A stretch of 64,000 nucleotides of DNA from Thermoplasmatota archaeon (lineage in GTDB: Archaea; Thermoplasmatota; JAKEGO01), in the NCBI GenBank assembly GCA_028279595.1, contig JANQNK010000003.1:92404-156403 (forward strand), written 5' to 3'. The position numbers were made by a program, and so were the translations under genes. Below the pieces are notes generated by a model. That model was not told where the DNA came from. It saw nothing but the letters and a program-made list of their open reading frames with translations, and did no database searches. This document shows, one piece after another, positions 58,054 through 64,000 of this stretch. Each line of letters begins with the position of its first letter. The first letter of the stretch is position 1.

Positions 58054-58061
58054 TATAAAAA
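58054..58061 (-). promoter_or_regulatory. TATA box candidate for the GT2 gene (leaderless spacing)
   Basis: Minus-sense TTTTTATA, 24 nt upstream of ATG 58030. Confidence 0.45.
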
Positions 58062-58152
58062 GGTTGACGACCACTGTTTCCACTCCAGCCAGTCATCCAG
58101 CCTGGACCGCTGCCGACAGAACTTTTAAGACCGATGTATCGAATGGAGGCCT

Positions 58153-59619
58153 ATGCCGAAGGTCACGAATTTCCAGATCATAGCGGTAGTCGTTGTAGTC
58201 CTCGTGATCGTCCTGGCGGCCACGTTCACCGGCGAGGACGATGGCAATGGCAAGAAAGGGACCTCAGGTGGATGGGACACCCCGTATGACAATCATTTCG
58301 GCAACGTGAAGGTTACGGTCCAAGGCCTGCATTCTGATTCCAATACCAATGAGCCTTACATCGCCATCAATCCGAACGATCCAATGAACATCGTTGCCGC
58401 TGGGAACGATTACTCGACCCTGCTCGGTGATGTCTGGCTTGGTTATTACTACAGCTTCGACGGCGGTGCTTCCTGGAACCGCTCCTTCTTGCCCGGCTAT
58501 CCCGGAGACATACGTGGAGACCTGAGCCCGCTCTTCGGATTCATGGGAGCTGGTGATGCTGTCGTCGCATTCGGTCCCGACGGTGAGTGCTACATCTCTT
58601 TGATCGCTTTCGAACGCCCGGTGGGAGAGATACGGAATGGCATCTACGTCGCCAGGTCGAACGATGGGGGGAAGACCTTCGATGGTTCGGACATCCACAT
58701 GGTGGTCGACTTCGGAGATGGGTTCTTGGCGTTCCACGACAAGGAATGGATCGCTGTCGACCCGAACAGCGGCGATGTCTATGTCACATGGTCATGGTTC
58801 ACTGCATATTCGACCGCTCAGATCCTCTACTCGAGGTCGACCGACGGAGGCGAGACCTGGTCCGATTATCAGGTGCTCTCCCAGACGCTCGACGCTGAGA
58901 TAGGCAATCAGGGGTCCCAGGTCGTAGTGGACTCCGAAGGGGTCGTCCACGTGATCTGGGTGGATTTCGACAGGGAGGTCATCAGGTACACGAGCTCAGG
59001 TGACGGTTCCTCCTTCTCCACTCCGGTGGACCTGGTGGACATCGATCCCATCCCATATGCCCTGAACAACAATACCTACAGGACCCCGACATTACCGTCG
59101 CTTGCCGTCGATACGTCGGGAACCGATTCGGACGGGAACCTGTACATCACATGGAACGATTTCAGGAGTGGCGACGCGGACGCCCTCCTCATCATGAGTG
59201 ACGATGGTGGCGATTCCTGGACCGATCCCGTGAGGGTGAATCAGGATGAGTTCCAGAACGGAGCCGACCAGTTCTTCCCGGCCGCGTCCGTCACTCCGGA
59301 AGGGGTCGTCGGGATCGCCTTCTATGACCGGAGGGAGGACACCCACAATACCATGTTGAACATGTACATGGCGACCTCGACGGACCAGGGCGCAACATTC
59401 CAGGATTTCAAGATAACCACGGAAGACTTCGACGGTGAAGCTGGTGGGGGCTCAGCTCTCGGTCAGGCCACCAGTGGAGATGCCTTCATCGGTGATTACA
59501 TAGGCACCGTTGCGAACGACGAGTACATCTATGCCATCTGGTGCGATACTCGAAATGGTGACCCGGATGACAGGGATGCCGACCTGTACACGGCTCGGGC
59601 TGTTATTGATCGGATCTGA
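58153..59619 (+). CDS. BNR/Asp-box repeat protein (sialidase-like beta-propeller), membrane-anchored
   Basis: 488 aa. N-terminal TM (IIAVVVVVLVIVLAATF). Five Asp-box-like motifs: SFDGGASW, SNDGGKTF, STDGGETW, SDDGGDSW, STDQGATF. Confidence 0.8.
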   Translation: MPKVTNFQIIAVVVVVLVIVLAATFTGEDDGNGKKGTSGGWDTPYDNHFGNVKVTVQGLHSDSNTNEPYIAINPNDPMNIVAAGNDYSTLLGDVWLGYYYSFDGGASWNRSFLPGYPGDIRGDLSPLFGFMGAGDAVVAFGPDGECYISLIAFERPVGEIRNGIYVARSNDGGKTFDGSDIHMVVDFGDGFLAFHDKEWIAVDPNSGDVYVTWSWFTAYSTAQILYSRSTDGGETWSDYQVLSQTLDAEIGNQGSQVVVDSEGVVHVIWVDFDREVIRYTSSGDGSSFSTPVDLVDIDPIPYALNNNTYRTPTLPSLAVDTSGTDSDGNLYITWNDFRSGDADALLIMSDDGGDSWTDPVRVNQDEFQNGADQFFPAASVTPEGVVGIAFYDRREDTHNTMLNMYMATSTDQGATFQDFKITTEDFDGEAGGGSALGQATSGDAFIGDYIGTVANDEYIYAIWCDTRNGDPDDRDADLYTARAVIDRI

Positions 59620-59637
59620 GGGTTCATAGGAACAATT

Positions 59638-60762
59638 TCACAACCCAGCCAGTACTGCTTCGAGGTCCGCCATCAATTCTTCAGCATGATGCCTCTTGAT
59701 GTGGGGCATGATGACCATCCTGACGGCCTCGGGATGCCGCGTCCGGGAAAGGCACCAGCCCCTCTCCGACATGTCCGAGATCAACTTCTTGTTGTCCGTG
59801 GTACGGAAGGCGACGATGTTCATGGGAGGTTCGACGACGAGCTCCCCTCCGGCCTTCTCTATCCCCCGGGCCAGGAGCTCCGTGTTCTGCATGCACTCGT
59901 CCACGACCTGCGTGTAGCCGTCCATCCCCAGGTGCATCATCACGGCGTAAGTGGAAGCGACAGCGGCCGAACATCTCGTTCCTGAGAGCGACCTCTGGTC
60001 CTTGACGGTCAGGTATGGAGCTTCGACGGAGATCTTGTCAACGCCCTCACGATGCCGGAACAGGACCGCTCCGGACGGTATGGTGGAGAGCCCCATCTTG
60101 TGGGGGTCCACGGCCACGCTGGTGACCCCGTCGATGGAGAAGTCGAAGTCGGGTGCAGGCCTTCCCAGCCTTCTCAGGAACGGCAGGACGAATCCGCCGA
60201 ACGCAGCGTCAACGTGGAGGTAGCAATGTTCGGACGCGATGCCCGCCAGCGTTCCGATGGGATCGACCACACCGAGCTCCGTCGTGCCTGCGACGCCGAC
60301 GACGGCCAAGGTGTCGTCGGATATCCTGTCCTCCACCTCGGAGACGTCGACCTTGAAGTCATCGTCGAGTCCCACCAGCACGGGTTCCAGATTGAGCAGA
60401 TCGACGGCCTTGCTGAAGGAGAAATGAGCGGTCTCACCGAAGATGACCTCCCTCTTGCCGGTGAGGTTCCTTGCGATCCAAAGGGCCGTGATGTTCGCCT
60501 CGGTACCGCCGCCCACGATGTGGCCGGTGGCCGTCGGGTAGGACAGCATCTCGCCGAGCATGGAGAAGATGCGCTCCTCCATCTCCTGGGTCCCCGGATA
60601 GAGTCCGGCGTTCCCCAGGTTGGATTCGATGAACTTCATGTGCGCCCTTATCGCCAGCGGATGAGGGGCCGTGCACATGGAACCCACGGTCCTCCCGTCC
60701 GTGAAATGCCTGTCCTTTCGATAGAACTCCTCGAGGAGGTCCCAGACCTCCTCCTCGTCCAT
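59638..60762 (-). CDS. mfnA: L-tyrosine/L-aspartate decarboxylase, MfnA family (PLP, group II)
   Basis: Track ORF 59638..61092 trimmed to ATG 60762 (MDEEEVWDLLEEFYRKDRHF), 374 aa. GGGTEANITALW, HVDAAFGGF, DPHKMG (PLP Lys). Confidence 0.85.
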   Translation of the reverse strand: MDEEEVWDLLEEFYRKDRHFTDGRTVGSMCTAPHPLAIRAHMKFIESNLGNAGLYPGTQEMEERIFSMLGEMLSYPTATGHIVGGGTEANITALWIARNLTGKREVIFGETAHFSFSKAVDLLNLEPVLVGLDDDFKVDVSEVEDRISDDTLAVVGVAGTTELGVVDPIGTLAGIASEHCYLHVDAAFGGFVLPFLRRLGRPAPDFDFSIDGVTSVAVDPHKMGLSTIPSGAVLFRHREGVDKISVEAPYLTVKDQRSLSGTRCSAAVASTYAVMMHLGMDGYTQVVDECMQNTELLARGIEKAGGELVVEPPMNIVAFRTTDNKKLISDMSERGWCLSRTRHPEAVRMVIMPHIKRHHAEELMADLEAVLAGL

Positions 60763-60773
60763 GCCTGACTCTC

Positions 60774-61619
60774 TCAAGTTGCCCTCTCCTCGAGGTACCT
60801 CTTGATGGCTATGCTCGAGAAGATGAGGTACTTCGGGTCGTCGTCGTACTCGTAGAACTTGAGATCGAGGTTCGTCAGGCCCTCGTTGCTGGTACCCATG
60901 AGGGCTCCCGCAATGACCGTGTGGTCCTTCGGATGGATGAAGAGCATCTCGTACTCCGAGTCCTTCATCGTAATGGCGACGAGCGCAAGCGGGTGGCCGG
61001 TCGACTTGGAGATCCGCATGCTCCTGTCGGACGGGTAGTCGATCTTGCCGAAGACCTTGCCGTCCTGGCCGATGAGGTCGGTGGACATCCATCTCTGACC
61101 GTGGATTATCCCGCCGACGCCCTTGTTGTCAGGGTCGTAGAACTTCGCATCTATGAACATCGTCGAGAAGTACGGTGGGATCTCGACGTATCCGAGAAGG
61201 ACGTCGTTGTGGAATATTGAGTACTTCCCGTCGACCTCGGTCGTGAAATCGATGCCGACCGTCCTGGTTGCCTGGAAGACCTTCCCCTCTGCGATGAGGT
61301 CCGACTTCAGCTCGCCCTCGATGGTCCCGAAGGTCACCGCGGAAAGGCTGGCGATGATACTGGGCGTCTTGAGCTGCATGCAGTTCTTGCCGCCCTCCAT
61401 GGTGGTCCTGAAGCCTTCGACGGAGCGCCTAGTGATGTCAAGGACCTTGCTGGGTCCCTCGACACCTTCGGTGTAGAAGAGTATCCGTCTGTTCGTGAGA
61501 ACCAGGTTGCCCTTCTTCTCCTCCGGCATGGTCGGGTCAATGGTCAACCGACCGCTCTCCTGGTGGATAATCTTCTCGTCTATACCAAGGTCGTCCGTGA
61601 TCTTTCGCATGCGGCCCAC
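60774..61619 (-). CDS. Hypothetical protein with N-terminal GRAM/PH-like segment
   Basis: 281 aa. KKGNLVLTNRRILFYTEG resembles the GRAM/bPH core. The rest is unassigned. Confidence 0.55.
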   Translation of the reverse strand: MGRMRKITDDLGIDEKIIHQESGRLTIDPTMPEEKKGNLVLTNRRILFYTEGVEGPSKVLDITRRSVEGFRTTMEGGKNCMQLKTPSIIASLSAVTFGTIEGELKSDLIAEGKVFQATRTVGIDFTTEVDGKYSIFHNDVLLGYVEIPPYFSTMFIDAKFYDPDNKGVGGIIHGQRWMSTDLIGQDGKVFGKIDYPSDRSMRISKSTGHPLALVAITMKDSEYEMLFIHPKDHTVIAGALMGTSNEGLTNLDLKFYEYDDDPKYLIFSSIAIKRYLEERAT

Positions 61620-61711
61620 AACTCCAGCCCGATATATGCCATATTGCCTATTAATACGTTACCGGCTAAGACCAGCCTAGGACATTGATAGATGGCAGGT
61701 CCGGTGAGGTC

Positions 61712-62311
61712 TCATGCGAGCCTGTAGGACATCTCCACGGACAGGGTGTAGGAGTTCCCATCGTCTATGAATATGATCCCCGTGCCACCGCCGAGGAACG
61801 AATGATCTCCGGCGTCATCGAGGGTGACGATAGCCTCCCAGGGTCCGAAGGTGTCCGCGTCGGGTTCACCCGCCAATTGGGTTATGTTGAAGTAGAGTTC
61901 GATCCTGCCCTCCGCGCCGTGCGCGTTCGTGTCGGAATCGGATTGCACCCACTGCATGTCCGGGTCCCTGACCTCGAGCGTGAAGGTATCCCCCTCGTTC
62001 TCGTAGGTGGGCGCAGCGTCCGCCTCGTCGGTCCATGTAAGGACGAACATCGCATCTACGACGTATCCGCCCGTGTCGAAGGTGTGATTGTAACTCTCGC
62101 CCTCGTTGGCTTGACCGTTCGGGGAATCGGTGTAGTTCTTGTACTCTCCGGTGCCACCACCGCCGCCACCGCCGCCGCCGTCGCCCGGCTCGTAGTAGTC
62201 GGCGTTGGCCGCTTCCATGGCGAATACACCGTAAACGGCGGCGATTATGATGATGCCACCAACGATGGAGATCACCTGATTGTACTTCTTGATGTAATCG
62301 TCAATCTTCAT
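61712..62311 (-). CDS. Membrane-anchored secreted protein, paralog of the ectodomain of 26623..27276
   Basis: 199 aa. TM (VISIVGGIIIIAAVYGVF), a Gly9 run, then LTWTDE, NEGDTFTLEV, WEAIVTLDDAGDH, IDDGNSYTL, colinear with the other copy. Confidence 0.65.
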   Translation of the reverse strand: MKIDDYIKKYNQVISIVGGIIIIAAVYGVFAMEAANADYYEPGDGGGGGGGGGTGEYKNYTDSPNGQANEGESYNHTFDTGGYVVDAMFVLTWTDEADAAPTYENEGDTFTLEVRDPDMQWVQSDSDTNAHGAEGRIELYFNITQLAGEPDADTFGPWEAIVTLDDAGDHSFLGGGTGIIFIDDGNSYTLSVEMSYRLA

Positions 62312-62484
62312 CGGGGCATGTTAAGAAAGGAAACGTCTTATAGTTTTCTGTGGACCCGTTACGGATAACGGTATCAGTGACCGTTCCGGAAGGACGGTAC
62401 CGATCCCGGAATTCGATATCGTGGGCCCGACCATTACCACTACTGGCCCAAATCCACGACAACGGTGCCAGTGTTTGACAAAAC

Positions 62485-62493
62485 ATATATAAA
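62485..62493 (+). promoter_or_regulatory. TATA box candidate for the pilin gene
   Basis: ATATATAAA lies 47 nt upstream of ATG 62540. This leaves a ~25-nt leader that contains the GAGGAGG Shine-Dalgarno sequence. Confidence 0.5.
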
Positions 62494-62539
62494 CAACGAG
62501 ACCATTACATTTGTTACATCGTGTAGAGGAGGCTCTACT

Positions 62540-63067
62540 ATGAGAAAACTAAAGAAGATCTGGGTGGACCAGGAGGCGGTATCTCCCGTCATCGCCGTCA
62601 TTCTGATGGTGGCGATCACCGTGGTCCTCGCCGCGGTTCTGTACATGTGGGCACAGAGTTTCGTGCCGACAGGCAAGAACACGCCAGTGGCGACGGTCAC
62701 GGTAAGCAAGAGCCAGAACAACTATGAGCTGTACATCAGCAGCATCGAGCCCGCTGCAGCCGGTGACAGCGTCAAGTATCAGCTCTTGGACAGCAACCGC
62801 GTCCCGGTCGAGCAAGGTGAGTTGAACGACGTGTACAACAAGGTACTCAGGAATCCCATGAACGGAGGGATCCTGTCCAACGTCAGTTGGAGGGACTCCA
62901 ACGGGGATGACAGACTGAGCACCGGTGACACGATAGTACTCCTCGGTGCGGAGAACGATCGCTGGAACAACGAGCCAGTCGCTCCCGGCGTCGCCGATTC
63001 CGGAATGATCTTCCGGATAATCTTCGACCCGACGGAGAAATCGATCGCGTCGATCGAGCTGACCTGA
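62540..63067 (+). CDS. Archaeal type IV pilin-like protein (class III signal peptide, DUF1628-type N-terminus)
   Basis: Trimmed from 62465 to ATG 62540, preceded by GAGGAGG (62526-62532). MRKLKKIWVDQEAVSPVIAVILMVAITVVLAAVLYMWAQSF is the canonical prepilin leader plus hydrophobic helix. Confidence 0.85.
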   Translation: MRKLKKIWVDQEAVSPVIAVILMVAITVVLAAVLYMWAQSFVPTGKNTPVATVTVSKSQNNYELYISSIEPAAAGDSVKYQLLDSNRVPVEQGELNDVYNKVLRNPMNGGILSNVSWRDSNGDDRLSTGDTIVLLGAENDRWNNEPVAPGVADSGMIFRIIFDPTEKSIASIELT

Positions 63068-63087
63068 TCAGGCCCAGCTGGAACAAC

Positions 63088-63127
63088 AGAAGGACACCTG
63101 GTGTCCTTCTCCCCCCCCTATTTTACA
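63088..63127 (+). terminator. Hairpin plus pyrimidine/T-rich tract after the pilin gene
   Basis: Near-perfect palindrome AGAAGGACACC-T-GGTGTCCTTCT (63088-63110), followed by CCCCCCCCTATTTTACACTTTT. Confidence 0.5.
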
Positions 63128-63208
63128 CTTTTAACTCCGAGCTAGAGGTTGTGAGTCCTATTCAACTTGACACAACTCTCAATATATCATCCGGTCCGTG
63201 GATCGGAT

Positions 63209-64000
63209 TCAAACGGTGAACGCCAGTACGACCGCTGCTGCTCCCGATATCGCGTAAAGCCCCAGCAGTCTCCTGACAAGCTGTTTCTCGGTCATCGGCT
63301 TCTTGCTGAGGAGGAGATAGGCGAGGGTGTACCTCTCGGCACCCTTCGGAGGTTTCAATCTCCCGTCCTTCAGTATGGTCGGGTTCATGCACGCGTCCCG
63401 ACGTTCGATCCGCTTGGCCGAGTAGAATACCGTCGCGGCCATCTCGTAGAAGGCAGGAGCAATGCAGACAACAGCGAATATCTGGATGTTCCCCAGTATG
63501 GCGGCAGCACCGATGACGGCTCCCATCCCGAGGGTCCCGGTATCACCCACGAAGACCTTCGCGGGGGTCCGATTGTACATGTAGAGGGCCATGGAGCCGC
63601 CGAAAAGGGCCGTGAGGATGATTATAGAGTGAGTGCCGGAATGCACCATGTTAGGCGCCTCGGTATCCTGTATGCCGGCGGCGAGCCCGACCAGTACGAG
63701 GAAGAAGGAGACCACGGCCACCTCGCCGCTCTCGAGGCCGTTGTAACCTGCCGAGAGGTTTATCGCGTTGGCTGCGCCGGTTATTCCGATCGGGACCAGG
63801 ATCATCCAGTAGAACATGTAGACGCTGAATCCGTCATCGAAGTTCCAGATCCACCCGCCGGGGAACCATATCTCAGCCCTCACGGCGTTGTGTGCGATTA
63901 TCAGCGGAAGGCTGGCGAAGATGACCAGGATGGCCTTCTCGCGCCTCTTCAGGACCGCTATGTCGTCAAAGATACCAATGGTCGCCGCGACGAAGAAAAC
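63209..64000 (-). CDS. Glycosyltransferase family 4 (MraY/WecA/AglH-type sugar-phosphate:polyprenol-phosphate transferase), 5' end beyond the window
   Basis: The frame stays open upstream of the track start at 63883, to 64000 (VFFVAATIGIFDDIAVLKRREKAILVIF...). NAINLSAGYNGLESG. Polytopic. Confidence 0.8.
   Translation of the reverse strand, partial: VFFVAATIGIFDDIAVLKRREKAILVIFASLPLIIAHNAVRAEIWFPGGWIWNFDDGFSVYMFYWMILVPIGITGAANAINLSAGYNGLESGEVAVVSFFLVLVGLAAGIQDTEAPNMVHSGTHSIIILTALFGGSMALYMYNRTPAKVFVGDTGTLGMGAVIGAAAILGNIQIFAVVCIAPAFYEMAATVFYSAKRIERRDACMNPTILKDGRLKPPKGAERYTLAYLLLSKKPMTEKQLVRRLLGLYAISGAAAVVLAFTV

Noticed and set aside
60763-61092. N-terminal extension of the mfnA ORF (track 59638..61092)
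   Set aside because: The extension overlaps the 3' part of the upstream gene (60774..61619) in another frame and is Arg/Pro/His/Gly-rich. MDEEEVWDLLEEFY at 60762 gives a normal 374-aa MfnA.
62247-62278. ATGATGA followed by CTGA (plus strand) inside 61712..62311, and similar TGATGA hits inside coding regions (for example 5705, 9763, 30834 minus, 41931)
   Set aside because: The spacing is wrong for guide RNAs, or there is no D box, and none has complementary flanks. All are inside well-supported coding sequence.

Overview
This 64-kb window reads as a high-GC archaeal chromosomal segment. One 60-nt line inside the PFOR gene counts 38/60 G+C. Archaeal markers are DNA polymerase D large subunit, TiaS, Tsr3, MfnA, aIF6, the rps19e/PDCD5-like/rpl39e/rpl31e/eif6 string, a class III signal-peptide pilin, and TATA boxes about 21-27 nt upstream of start codons. 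No lineage finer than a PolD-containing archaeon can be assigned from sequence alone.

I call about 62 protein-coding genes. Three of them (rpl39e and two 48-aa Cys-rich genes) are below the ORF-track cutoff, and two run off the window edges. I also call one frameshifted pseudogene and one candidate C/D box sRNA. I found no rRNA, tRNA, CRISPR array, transposase or integrase.

Housekeeping content:
- Lhr helicase, HypD, single-chain PFOR (NifJ type), an NFACT/RqcH homologue, TiaS and PolD DP2.
- Split transketolase, transaldolase, Nnr and ThpR in one operon.
- ADP-forming acetyl-CoA synthetase (beta and alpha subunits), TyrRS, and a PfkA-family PFK with class II FBA.
- Thioredoxin, RlmE and a beta-CASP nuclease.

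Most long ORFs in the track that overlap these genes in other frames or on the antisense strand are GC-driven shadows and are rejected.

Accessory regions most worth follow-up:
1. A same-strand, lower-GC 5.3-kb cluster (2253-7606). It holds five tandem paralogous pilin-like-domain membrane proteins (one frameshifted) preceded by three double zinc-ribbon proteins.
2. Two tandem 48-aa Cys-rich genes (36414-36794).
3. A candidate C/D box sRNA just after tyrS (39596-39658).
4. A gene overlapping the stop of an SLC6/NSS transporter. Its N-terminus resembles the MetS small subunit and is fused to an ectodomain that recurs at 61712-62311.
5. An S19e with a roughly 115-aa acidic Ala/Glu/Pro tail.
6. 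A cell-envelope locus (53348-64000) with an 1147-aa repeat-rich surface protein.

All functional calls rest on motifs I read in the translations. No database search was run.
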